A DNA stretch of 63,419 bases, counting the filler, from Octopus bimaculoides (taxonomy: Eukaryota): the NCBI RefSeq assembly GCF_001194135.2. It is 4 parts of 4 records of this genome, joined end to end, with 100 filler letters (N's around TTAATTAATTAA, not from the genome) between each part and the next. Parts side by side here need not be neighbours in the genome. Positions count along the whole stretch, not along the records: positions 1 to 24,706 come from NC_068984.1; 3 more parts are not named here. One strand, 5' to 3'. Shown in pieces: positions 9,590-22,100 of this stretch. Both the position numbers and the translations under genes were made by a program. The notes below the pieces were generated by a model. The model was not told the DNA's origin and did no database searches. It worked only from the letters and a program-made list of their open reading frames with translations. The stretch's first letter is position 1. Every line of letters begins with the position of its first letter.

Positions 9590-11700
9590 AGCAGGCATCC
9601 GTTGGTCTTGAGAGACCATGGATCTACACCCGAAGAAATCGCGTCAGCTGCTGATGGCAGTGCAGTGTCTCCTGTGGCTGTAGAGGCCTACACAGGAGTG
9701 GCAGTTATGTATGCAGTGACTCCAATTGAAGGAGCTCTCTGCCAGAGCTACTGGTTTTTCCCTTCCATCAAATGCACTTCTCTTTGGTAGGGAGTTCTTG
9801 TTTTTCTTTCCATTGCTTCCCCCCCTTTTGTAGTATTTGTCTCCAGCATGGGCAATCATTAGCGACCTCCTTCCATCTCAGGATGTCCGATCAAACAATT
9901 TCATCTCTCTTGAGATGTCCTTGAAATGAAGATGAAGTCATCCTTGTGCTCTTGTACCAGTGGCCAATTCCACACACAGGAGGCTTTTTTGGATCCTCCT
10001 GTCCAGCATGCAATGTATTTGACTGAGCCAATGCAGATGGCACTGCTGGGGGAGGGTGAGTATACTTGGTATCTTGGCATGGTTGTGGACTTCAGTGCTG
10101 GTGATGTGGTCGGTCTACTTGATATCCAAGATGTGTCTCAAATTAAGAAGGTAAAAGATGAGACGCTGCACCTGTCTGGAGTAGAAGCTCCACATCTCAC
10201 TGCCATAAAGTAGCGTACTAAGGATGCATGCCTTAAGACAGCAATCTTGATGTTTGCAGCTAGTTTTCTGTTTTCCCAGACTCTCTTTGTGAGCCTGGCA
10301 AATGTGAAGGATGCTTGACCAATTTGCCTGCTGATCTCAGGGTGCAGTGGGAGGTCATCAGTGATGGTACAGCTGAGGTAGGTGAATTCATAGACTACTT
10401 CCAGCTTGTAGTTGTTGATGGTGATGGAGTGCTCGACACTTTGGCCCAGTACTTTGGTCTTCTTCAGATTAATAGTTAGACTGAATTCCTGACAGACTTT
10501 TGAAACTTTGTCCATGAGGTGCTGCATTTGCTCTTCAGAGTGCACTGTCAGTGCTGCGTCATCTGCAAACAACATTTCTCTGATGAGTACCTAGTGCACT
10601 CTGGATTTTACTTTCAGCCTCAACAGATGAAACAGTTTACCATCTGATCTGGTGTGAAAGGTGAACATCATCAGTTGATGTCCCAAATGCATGTTTCAGC
10701 ATGACTGCAAAGAGGATACCAAACAGGGTGGGAGAAAGCACACAGTCCTGCTTCATGCCACTACATATTTTGAACGCCTCCAAAGAACAGCCATCAAATT
10801 AAATGATGCCTTTCATATCCACATAAAACAACTGGACAATCCTGAAGTCTTGGATGACAATCTTGGCAAGGATTTTGAACAGGCTGTCTCTACTGACTAG
10901 GTCAAAAGCCTTTGTGAGATTGATGAAGGTGAAGAGTGGTTGCCTTTGCTCTCAGCACTTCTCCTGTAGCTGTCAAAGAGAGAAGATCATGTTGATGGTG
11001 GAGCATTCTGATCTGAAACTGCACTGAGATTTGGGGTATACCCTCTCAGTGATTTTCTGCAGTCTGTTTAGGACCATGCAGGCAAAGTCCTTCCCAACAA
11101 TGCTTAAGAGCAAGATGCCTTGGTAATTATTGCAATTGCTTTTGTCCCCTTTGTTCTTATATAGGGCGACAATGTTGCAGTCTCACATGTCTTGTGGGAC
11201 TGTTCCCTCCTCCCAGCACTGACACAGTAGCTTCAGCATATGGCTACTTCCAGTGGGCAAGCCATCAATGGCTCTGCTCAGTTCTTCAGAAGTTGGCAGT
11301 GTGTCCAGCTCCTCTATGTTCTATGGTATCTAGTGCACTGCCTGAGATGATGTTTTCCTTGGCATAGAGTTTAGAATAATGTTCCACTCATCTCTCTTGC
11401 AGTTCTCTTTTGCCCTTGATGACTTCCCCTGTTCTGGATTTGAGTGGAGCTATCTTGATTTGGTTTGGGCCAATGGCTTTCTTGATACCCTCATTCTGTG
11501 TATGTTGTTCATTTCAAATGACAGTTGGATGTCTTCACATAGTTGTAACCAATAGTCATTTGCACAGCATCTGTCTTCTGCATGTTGTTCCTTGTTGATC
11601 TCAATGTTTGCAGTGTTGCCCTGGTGGGTTGGTGTTTGTGCTTCAGCAGGGAAGCACACTTTTCCTCCAATGGGTCTGCAATTGAAAGATTTTTTTTGCA
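9590..11700 (-). mobile_element. Second RTE lineage (BovB-like) LINE, 5'-truncated, decayed
   Basis: ORF 10138-10575 LFADDAAL...INLKKTKVL...EFTYL. Upstream pieces CWEEGTVPQDM, LYKNKGDKSNCNNYQGI, QCSFRS, QLQEKC, NLTKAFDLVSR. C-terminal CHSCVGLYSHRRHC zinc knuckle and RTE-type 3'UTR (ccatggtctctcaagaccaacggatgcc). Confidence 0.9.
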
Positions 11701-11876
11701 TTTTGCATTAATGCAGGCATGTAAATAACTTATTTATCATTGAATATAATAATATAAATTATTTACACGTTTTTAAGTTATGAAACACTTTGTCATATTA
11801 GAATTTTCTTATAGTTAAAAAAAAATTTCATCAAACTATTTCTCTGTCATTTATCACTTTTTCTCTCTATATAAAG

Positions 11877-11877
<1 letters not shown>

Positions 11878-11941
<64 letters not shown>
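11878..11941. repeat. (TA)n microsatellite
   Basis: About 30 uninterrupted TA units. Confidence 0.95.
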
Positions 11942-11942
<1 letters not shown>

Positions 11943-12182
11943 CTTATATATATGTGTGTGCACACTCATGCGTATGTATGTATTTGTGAAACAGATAAAC
12001 TAAATGCAATTTAGGATAAAATTTTACCATTTTATTTTGATTGAACTATCATTAACTTCAGAACAAAACTTTTTACAACAGTTCTTTTAGCATCTCTGAC
12101 TAGCACTCACACCCACTCCATTTGTTAGTGACATTAAGGTATTACAGAAACTATCAGCAAGAAATGGAAGACAGTAACTCAC

Positions 12183-12298
12183 TCAAGTGTTGTATTAATT
12201 CATGTTTTTCTTCAAAGATCTTTTGAAAAGAATTCCTCAAGGTAGTTAATGTAAGTTGAAGATATTCACAGTTCTTACAAGTTCCATTGAGTTTTAAG
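12183..12298 (-). CDS. Internal exon of unidentified coiled-coil protein (phase 2 to 1): (Y)LKLNGTCKNCEYLQLTLTTLRNSFQKIFEEKHELIQHL
   Basis: Acceptor tattcatttag|, donor |gtgagt, open frame, CxxC plus heptad-like leucines; phase matches exon 23181-23267. Confidence 0.65.
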
Positions 12299-12779
12299 CT
12301 AAATGAATATTAAACACAAAGTATTTACATTAAAATATCTTGTTTAGAATTTAATTTTAGGTGTTAGTGCAGTTCAATATACAGAGGATGACAGGTTTCA
12401 GATTAACAGCTTACATCTGCAGAACAGGCCATATAAGAAATAATGTAACAGATAGATTGCCTCCCTAAAATAATTAGCTCTGATTTCTGTGCTTTTAGTT
12501 CAAAATTCAACATCACACAGCAATTGCTCCATACCATATAAAAAGGGAGGCTAGAACATTTTCTCCTTTTAGTAGACCACAATAGTTTTTAATCCTTATG
12601 GCACTCCAAAAAGATCAAAACTACAACAGCCTAAAAGATAGTAGCAATCTATAGTTACCATCTATTTTGTTATAGTCAAAAGCCCATCCCACTCAAGCAG
12701 ACATTCCAACTGTGGCCATCCCAAATTTTTCAATATTAGATAGGATACATTTCACTATTCATCATCATAATTCTCAACC

Positions 12780-13740
12780 ATTAATCCACTGCAATGTAAA
12801 AGTCTCTCTGAGCTAATTTCAATTAGTCCTATTCCATGCTGCCTTCATCTATGGAATTCCCATATTTTCATCAATTTCATCTTTCCATTTATCTTCTCTC
12901 ATCCCAAACTATGTGAACCTCTATCCATTTAATACACATTTTGTCCATCTGCTTTCATTTGGGAGAGCCACATGCTCTGCCCATCTCCATTTTCTCTTCT
13001 TATATAATTCAATGTAGTTTCCTTTTCTTTCTATATTTTTGGTCATTGCTCATGTCTCTGCTCCATAAATTACTGGTATGGTACACTGGTTAAATATTCT
13101 GTACTTCAAGCAGAGAGACACCTTATAACTTGGATTTGTATTTTTGCTTCCTTTAAATGGCTGTATTCCACTTTTACAAGTGGTCCAAGATGTATATGTT
13201 TATTATGATATCAAAGCGAACTGTGATGACAAACTTGTTGCATGGCTGTTGAATATTTGTGTTTTTTCTTAGTTCTTTTTAATCTGACCTTGTTACTTTC
13301 ACTGTTCAGTTCATGTCTATTATTTCAGAAGGAGATTAAGCTGATAGCAAAGCATAAATGATTAAAAAAAATATCTGATGTCCATTTTTCTCAGAAAGCA
13401 TAGGTTAGATGGAAAATAACTTGCAGCCCAATGACCGAGCTGTAACCAATCCATATTAAGCAGCTATCCTGTCATACAAATCACATGTCCATACTAGCAT
13501 AGTGTTCTTTCTTACACAATACATCAAATTCTTTTTGTTCTCAGATTTTCTCTTAACGCATTTATACTTTGTCATTCAAGTAGACTTTCTTTGCACATGC
13601 AACAGAGCATGCTATCTTAAATTTTCTCAAGTTCACTGCATTTAAAACCGATGTCTTACTACCATGCAGCAATGTGTCCTAATACAAGCATCAATAAAAC
13701 CTGTCCTTCACTCTGAGAGAAAAGACCTTTGTTGCCAGCA
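12780..13740 (-). mobile_element. Old RTE-type LINE remnant (RT C-terminal half)
   Basis: Minus translation contains LKYRIFNQCTIPVIYGAET-like text and a degenerate KW.WAGH..R-type segment; many stops. Confidence 0.55.
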
Positions 13741-14269
13741 GTGGTAACAATGCCTTGAACTTTTTCCACTTGTTCTTACAATGGTTACTTTACTTTCAGA
13801 GCAACCACATTTCCTACTAATTGCATTTCCTAGGAAGTAAAAGCTCTTGAATACTTGTGGTGAGCCATACAGCATTTAAAACAGTTTATTTCTGATGTGA
13901 TTATAGTACATACTTATTTTTTCGTTCTTTTCTCTTCTCTCCCCGAACATGCACATTCCATTTTGCATCTCTTGTTGGTTTTGTTTTTCATATATTCTTT
14001 TCCCTCCCTTCCATTTATATACTTATCACTCTAATACAAACACACACACCTTCACATTTCTCTCGTCCTTTTATGTGCCTCACTAATTTTTTCTCTCTCA
14101 AAGAACAAAATAAATTCTTTTGTACTAGTATCATATTGCAATTATTCTTTCTCCAATTTTTCAATCATTCTGCTCTAAACATTTTCCCACTTTTTTCTCT
14201 TACACTTTTTCAGCGATGATAAGTGAGTGATGGAATGGCTTGCAGTTTGCCACTACATTAACAGCACTA

Positions 14270-14555
14270 CAATCTTCACCGAGCCTAAGTCACAATATCA
14301 TATTACTCAGAACTTCTACTGCACATCATCTAACCTTATATATTGTATCATATGCAAACTTTGTAGCACCCTTTATATTGGGGAAACAGGCCGACCCCTT
14401 GCTGATTGCTTTTGGAAGCATACTACTATGTATTCTAGGCCAACCTGTTGACACTCAGTTCAACATGACAGGCCATTCCATCACTCACTTATCAGGAAAC
14501 AGAGGTTATAACATTTAATATTCAAACTTGGAACTATATCACTAACAGGCTTAAA
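14270..14555 (+). mobile_element. Penelope-like element GIY-YIG endonuclease fragment
   Basis: ITQNFYCTSSNLIYCIICKLCSTLYIGETGRPLAD.F..H (ORF 14227-14451), followed by LIFKLGTIS..GL. Confidence 0.85.
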
Positions 14556-14998
14556 TGGATGATTTTCCTTCTACTCCTACACTTCCTCTTAGGTCATTAA
14601 ACCGTTTATCCTTCAATTCCTTTCTCACCTCATCTTTTCCCTTCGCCTCACTCATGACTTGCCTGTTTCTCCTCCTCATTCCATTCCTCTTTCCTATCGC
14701 TCACTCCGTTTATCTCTGTTATCACTTTGCTTACACATATGAAGCTGTCATGGTACTGCATTCCTTATCAGTTGCAGATAATTTTTTTTTTTTTAAAGTT
14801 AGAGGATGTAAAACTCTGTTGTCTTTCATTAATTTCTCTCCTTTCAACTTTTCCTTTAAGAAGGATTCTGTTCAAAACACTGGATTTTTCATTCCCCACA
14901 GCAAGATAATAATACTCTTTCTATTGATTTTTACCATTATACACACACACACACACGCACGCGTGTGTATGTGTGTATATATATAAAATATTTTATAA

Positions 14999-15621
14999 TT
15001 ATATACATAATTATAACAAGAGGTCAGCTTTATGCCTCACCATGCACTGCAAGAAATAGATGCTAGTCTTTTTTACTACCTTAAAATCTCCAAGAATAAC
15101 ACATTGTTGTAGGCAAGCAAAAGAAAACTAATGAATCAATAAGGCTGATTAACTATGGACGTGTTTTGCACTTAAAGTAAAATTTTTCTTGATTTTACCC
15201 TTTATTATTAAAATAATATTTGAATAAATTCACTCCATGATCGAAACTGCATTTACTGCGGTCTAGATCTTAATACACACGTGGGTATAAAAGAAAGATA
15301 TGGATTATACTCGGCAGTGTATTTTTACGAGTGTGGATAGATATCGGACATACGATGACACTGATTGCGTGCATATTTTGAAATACTCATGAACTTATAC
15401 TATACTGAAGAGTAACAATAAGTAAAATTATCTTTTACTTTAAGTTCAAAACGTGTCTGTAGTTAGTCAGCCTTATTGGTTCATTATTTTTCTTTTGCTT
15501 GACTACAACAAAATGTGTTATTCTCGGAGATTTTAAGGTAGTAAAAAAAGACTTTAGCGTCTATTTCTTACGGTGTGTGGTGAGGCGTAACGCTAACTCC
15601 TTTTTATAATTATGTATATAA
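14999..15621. mobile_element. Foldback/MITE-like element with ~185-bp imperfect terminal inverted repeats
   Basis: Left arm ttatatacataattata...ctaccttaaaatctccaagaataacacatt...cttaaagtaaaa (to ~15182) pairs with right arm ~15435-15621. Confidence 0.85.
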
Positions 15622-15959
15622 TATTAAGATATTTTGTAAAATTTACCTATAAGGTTTTTATTGCCACACTGGCTACCTGGTAAATTATTATTGATTTTAC
15701 CTTTTATTNNNNNNNNNNNNNNNNNNNNNNNNNNNNNNNNNNNNNNNNNNNNNNNNNNNNNNNNNNNNNNNNNNNNNNNNNNNNNNNNNNNNNNNNNNNN
15801 NNNNNNNNNNNNNNNNNNNNNNNNNNNNNNNNNNNNNNNNNNNNNNNNTATATATATATATATATATATATATATTAGGAAAAATTTGTTACTAAGTGTG
15901 ACTAAGGGTGCTGAAGTACCTACATTGCTAGAAATAAAAGTTAAAAACTCTTAATTCTA

Positions 15960-16261
15960 TATTATTTACATTTGACGGATATTCATCCTCATCTTCTTTG
16001 TTGTTAACACAATATTTCGGCTGATATACTCTCTGGCCTTCATCAGATATCTTGGGGGAAATTCCGAACCTGGGTTCTCATTCCTAGGGTATTTTTTATT
16101 GTTATTACTATTACCATTATCATTATTCAGGTCACTGCCTAGAATTGAACTCAGAATCTTGGGATTCTTAACCACTACGCCATATGTCTGGGGCATATGG
16201 CGTAGTGGTTAAGAGCGTGGGCTACTAACCCCAAGATTCCAAGCTTGATTCCAGGCAGTGA

Positions 16262-16293
<32 letters not shown>

Positions 16294-16310
16294 GTAATAA
16301 TAATGATAAT
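15960..16310 (-). mobile_element. SINE family C copy (minus) with a head-to-head second tRNA head (plus, 16190-16266) and (AAT)n
   Basis: Same body as 7636-7971. Junction ctacgccatatg-tctggg-gcatatggcgtag. Degenerate hammerhead at 16006-16051. Confidence 0.88.
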
Positions 16311-16316
16311 AATATT

Positions 16317-19097
16317 TTATTCAAGTTTATCATTTCGTTAATTCATTCTATCTAAGTTTGTCTAACCCAAAATCCCAAAGAATATTCTTCTTTCTTGCGT
16401 TGTATTTATTGCCTGACCACTTAACTCTGCCTCACTGTCTCTCTCTTTCTCTTCAATTTACCACTGCTGTTTCATTAAATTATGTTTCCCAAAATACCCC
16501 CAAAAATATTTTTCAATTCTATCTCATGATTTCAGCATTTGCCTCACAGTCTCTCTCTCTCTCTCTCTTCGATTTACCACTTGATTCACCAACACTTCCC
16601 ACCCTAACCTTAACCCTATATAAACCAGTGCATGTCCTGTTTCCCCTATTCGATTTTCAATTACTCTGCTGATAGAATACAAATTTCAGAAGATGCACAG
16701 ATAAGAAATTTTGTCTTTTCAACCTCGTTCATGTACTCCTGTTTCTGCGTAGATCATAACACCTACCCCACCGATTAATTCATTATTATCTATCTATTTC
16801 TTTACCATGTAAACATAGTTCCGATAGCTTCGTCTTCTTTGTTTGTCTTAAGTTCATGCATATCCATTAATTGTACCATTTTATTTATTTTATTCAAGTT
16901 TATCATTTTGTTAATTCATTCTCTCTAAATTTGTCTAACCATAGTAAACAAGTGCAGAAGATGCTCTTGTCCAAACTCGTTGGCATTTGCTGTTTCATTA
17001 AATTATTCTTCCTCGTGTTGTATTTATTACCTGACCACCCAACTCTGACCCCTCTCTCTGCCTCACTGTCTCTTTCTCTCTCTCCCTCTTCGATTTACCA
17101 CTATTGTTTCATTAAATTATGTTACCCAAAATCCCAAAGAATATTCTTCTTCCTCTTGTTGTATTTACTGCCTGACCACCTGACTCTGACCCCTCTCTCT
17201 CCGCCTCACTCTCCCTCTCTTCGATTTACCACTTGATTCGCCAACACTTCCCACCCTAACCCTATATAAACCAGTGCATGCTCTATTTCCCCTACTCGAT
17301 TTTTAATTTCTCTGTTCACAGAATACGAATTTCAGAAGATGCTCAGATAAGAAATTTTGTCTTTTCAACCTCGTTCATGTACTCCTGTTTCTGTGTAGAT
17401 CAGAACCTCCCCAGTCATGCATATCCGTTAATCGTCAGACTTTATTTATTTTATTCAAGTTTATCATTTCGTTAATTCATTCTCTCTAGATTTGTCTAAC
17501 CATAGTAAACAAGTGCAGAAGATGCTCTCGTCTAAACTTGCTGGTTCGCGGTACACCTGCCCTCCCACCCCCTCCACCTTTACCGGATGTTCCTATCCTC
17601 TGTCATCCATGGTTGTCTCCCATGATCACTTCTAAGGGCCTAACGCCATCCCCACCCCTACCTAGGGTTTATCGATCATATAGTGCATAAAAAATGGTGT
17701 AGTGTATGAAGGTTGTAGGCTATTGTTTGTTTATGAATTCTGCCAAATGCAAGTTTTTTTTTCAGGTACATGACACTGCTGACCCTCATCCCAGGGTCTC
17801 ACAGGCCCCACCTCCCACACCCTCAGAGTTGGCACACTGAAAGGTAGGTCTGATGAGATTGTTGAGATGCTTGAGCGGAGATGTGTAGATTTGTGCTGCA
17901 CCCAAGAAGGTGGAGAGGAGGTTTCGCTAGGTTCCTCACAGGCAAAGAACACAAGTACTAGATTTTCTGGGCAGGGAACACTGACGGGGGTCAGGGGCGT
18001 GGGTATACTTCTTGCAGAGAAATGGGTTGATAACGTAATCTAGGTAGTCAGAGTATGTGACAGAGTACTTAAGATTAGATTAGTGCTTCACCATAGGTTA
18101 GCTACCATTATCTCGGACTATGCCCCTCAACCGAGGCTATCAGATGGGCACAAAGCGTGATTCATGCATATCCATTAATCGTCACATTTAATTTATTTTA
18201 TTCAAGCTTATCATTTCGTTAATTCATTCTCTCTAAATTTGTCTAACCATAGTATACAAGTGCAGAAGATGCTCTTGTCTAAACTCGGCATTTGCTGTTT
18301 CATTAAATTATGTAACTCAAAATCCCAAAGAATATTCCTCTTCCTCGTGTTGTATTTATTGCCTGACCACCTTACTCTGACCCTTCTCTCTCTCTGCCTC
18401 ACTGTCTCTCTCTCTGCCTCACTGTCTCTCTCTCTGCCTCACTGTCTCTCTCTCTGCCTCACTGTCTCTCTCTCTCTCTCTTCGATTTACCACTGCTGTT
18501 TCATTAAATTATGTTTCCCAAAATCCCCACAAAAATATTTTTCAATTCTATCTCACGATTTCGGCATTTGCTGTTTCATTAAATTAGGTTACTCAAAATC
18601 CCAAAGAATATTCTTCTTCCTCGTGTTGTATTTACTGCCTGACCACCTAACTCTGACCCCTCTCTCTCTCTGCCTCACTGTCTCTCTCTCTTCGATTTAC
18701 CACTTGATTCGCCAACACTTCCCACCCTTACCCTATATAAACCAGTGCATGCTCTGTTTCCCCTACTTGATTTTCAATTCTTCTTCTCATAGAATATGAA
18801 TTTCAGAAGATGCTAAGATAAGAAATTTTGTCTTTTCAGCCTCATTCATGTACTCCTGTTTCTGCAAAGATCATAAAGCCCACCGATTAATTCATTATTA
18901 TCTGTCTATTTCTTTACCAAGTAAACATAGTTCTGATAGCTTTGTCTTCCTTGTTTGTCTTAAGTTCATGCATATCCATTAATCGTCACATTTTATTTAT
19001 TTTATTCAAGTTTATCATTTCGTTAATTCATTCTCTCTAAATTTGTCTAACAATAGTATACAAGTGCAGAAGATGCTCTCATCTAAACTTGCTGGCT
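16317..19097 (+). repeat. Tandem array of a ~560-800-bp module (starts at 16317, 16890, 17451, 18198, 19002)
   Basis: Recurrent ttattcaagtttatcatttcgttaattcattctctcta, aaaatcccaaagaatattc, cctgaccac..ctctgacc, cgatttaccacttgattcgcc and agaagatgc.cagataagaaattttgtc. Confidence 0.9.
17545..18160 (+). mobile_element. RTE 5'UTR plus start of endonuclease; duplicate of 19108-19640
   Basis: gttcctatcctctgtca...cctagggttta.tgatcatatag and GTLKGRSDEIVEML occur both here and at 19.1-19.4 kb. Confidence 0.9.
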
Positions 19098-19107
19098 NNN
19101 NNNNNNN

Positions 19108-22100
19108 ACTTTATCGAAAGTTCCTATCCTCTGTCACCCTTGTTTGTCTCCCACGAACACTTCTAACGGCCTAACGCCATCCACACTCCTACCTAGGGTT
19201 TATTGATCATATAGCGCATAAAAATGGTGTAGTGTATGCAGGTTGTAGGCTATTTTTTGCTTATGAATTCTGCCAAATGCAAGTTTTCTTTTCAGGTACA
19301 TGACACTTCTGTCCCTCATCCCAGGGTTGCACAGGCCCACACCTCCCACACCCTCAGAATTGGCACACACAACGTCGGCACACTGAAAGGTAGGTCTGAT
19401 GAGATTGTTGAGATGCTTGAATGGAGATGTATAGATTTGTGCTGCACCCAAGAAGTAAGGTGGAGAGGAGGTTCCGCTAGGCTCCTAACAGGCAAAAACA
19501 CAGGTACTAAACTTTCTGGGCAGGGAACACTGACGGGGTCAGGGGCGTGGGTATACTTCTTGCGGAGAAATGGGTTGATAACGTAATCAAGGTCAGCAAC
19601 CATTATCTCGGCCTATGCCCCTCAACCGGGGCTACCTGATGGGCAGAAAGACTGATTTTATGACACCCTATAGCAAACTACCTTGTTGACGAATGACAGG
19701 GACCTTCTCTTTGTGGCTGATGATTTCAATAGACATTTTGGACAACATGCAGGGGGCTTCCATGGTGTACATGGCGGCTATGGCTTTGATTCCCGCATTG
19801 AGGAGGGAACCAAACTGCTGGAGTTCTGCGATGCGAATGATCTTATGCTTTGCAATACAAACTTCAAGAAACACGCCCGTCACCTAGTCACCTACCATTC
19901 TGGCAGACACACGAGCCAAATTGACTACATCCTCGCCAGAAAAAGGGAAAGATGGTTGCTTATAAATGCCAAGACCTTCTCAGGCAAAGAATCCTTTGAC
20001 GAAATAGAAGGGGATATAGCATCACATTATGTGGCAGACAACTGGAGGTTTCTACGGGACAACCTACTGAGAGCCATTGACCAGGTCTGTGGATGGTGCA
20101 AAGTCCACTCTCGACCCAAGGTAACGTGGTGGTAGAACAATGTGGTTGACAGGGCTATTATGGAAAAGAAACAGGCTTGGAAGGACTGGAAGAATGGAGG
20201 TAGCAGGTAATTGCATTAGACTGCCAGAAGGAAAGCTAAGAGACAGGTTTATTTAGCCAGAGGGGAAGCAGATAAGAAAAAATTTGCCTATGTTCTGTGC
20301 CATGAAGACCAAAGACTTGAAGTATTTCGTGTTGCAAGACAGTGTGTGACAGAGAATCTTGATGTCGTAGGAGAGAAATGTGTCCGCACGGATGATGGTA
20401 CACTTGCACTAAACGTGGCTGCAAAGAGAGAGGTTTGAAGACACCACTATGAAAGGTTGCTCAATACAGAGAATGAATGGAAGAGAGTCTGCCAAATGTC
20501 GACCCAACAGAGGGACAGCTATCCGAATTGGCAGTACCTTGGTAGATAAAGCAATCAAGAGTATGAAGATAGGGAAAGCCCCCCGGCCCATCAGGAACCA
20601 CTGCAGAGATGCTCAAAATATCTGGCAGTGTCGGCTATAGCCTAGTCACCCGTATAGTTAACCAGGTGATACACGAAGGAGTCATACCCAATGACTGGTG
20701 TAGCAGCACCATAGTCAACTGCTACAAAGGTAAAGGTGACGCTTTAGATACAAATAATTAGAGGTATCAAGTTGTTGGATCAGGTAATGAAAGTCACGGA
20801 GAGGGTCATAACCCAACTAATTAGGGAGAGAGTCAGTTTAGATGAGATGCAGTTTGGGTTCGTGCCAGGGAAAAGCACCACTGATGCTATATTTCTGGTA
20901 AGGTAGCTTCAGGAGAAATACCTAGCCAAAGATAAACCTCTGTACCTGGCTTTTGTTGACATGGAGAAAGCCTTTTACAGGGTCCCCCGGTCCCTTATCT
21001 GGTGGTCAATGAGGAAACTAGGGATAGATGAATAGTTCGTGAGAGCTGTGCAAGCCATGTACAGGGATGCTGTCAGTAAGGTGAGGGTTGACAACAAGTA
21101 CAGTGAAGAATTCCGGGTAGAGGTAGGGGTCCACCAAGGTTCAGTCCTCAGCCCTCTCATATTTATCATAGACCTCCAGGCAATAACAGAGGAATTCAAG
21201 ACAGGATGCCCCTGGGAGCTCTTCTATGCTGATGACCTTGCTCTAATTGCTGAGTTACTATCAGAACTAGAGGAGAAGTTTCAGATGTGGAAGCAAGGAT
21301 TAGAATCAAAGGGTTTTAGAGTCAACCTAGCTAAAACCAAAGTCCTAATAAGTAAGAAAGTAGACAAACCACAAACTCCTTCAGGTAGATGGCCCTGCTC
21401 GATCTGTAGAAACTCTGTAAGATGTATCCAGTGTAAGCTATGGACACATAAGAGGTGCAGCAATATCAAAGGAAGGGTAACTAGGAAGATAGTTTTTGTA
21501 TGTGGCAGATGCTCAGGAGCAATAAACACTGAAAATGTGCAGAGAATAACTTCTGTCATATTCCAGGGAGAAAATCTAGAAGTAGTTGATAGCTTCTGTT
21601 ACCTAGGTGACCAAGTCAGTAGCAGGGGAGGGTGCACTGAAAGTTTAGCTGCTGGAATAAGAATAGCCTGGGCAAAGTTCAGAGAACTCTCACCTCTGCT
21701 GGTGACAAAGGGCCTCTCGCTCAGAGTAAAAGGCAGACTATGGGCCGTGACTGCTGAGGACATGCGTAAGCTCGCAAGAAACGAAGCCAGTATACTCCAA
21801 TGGATGTGTAATGTCAGTGTGCATACTCGACAGGGTGTAAGTACCTTGAGAGGAAAGTTGGACCTAAAAAGTGGCACACCCTAGCAGTTGAAAGAACCTG
21901 TTGACCCAGGAAGACCTGGAATGAGGTGGTGAAGCACGACCTTCGAACATTAGGCCTCATTGAGGCAATGACTAATAACCAAGACCTTTGGAAATATGCA
22001 ACCCATGGCCTTTACCAGGGGTGTAGCCAGCCCACTTATGCATACCTTTCCTTCTTTGGACACAAAAGTCTGCTTGCGAAGATCTGTTGAGATAAGTGAA

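Noticed and set aside
16190-16266. tRNA gene
   Set aside because: The acceptor stem does not pair, the anticodon loop reads ACT, and it is embedded in a repeated SINE; it is a tRNA-derived head only.
16601-16617. Interstitial telomeric repeat (accctaaccttaaccct)
   Set aside because: Only 2-3 imperfect units and part of the repeated module.
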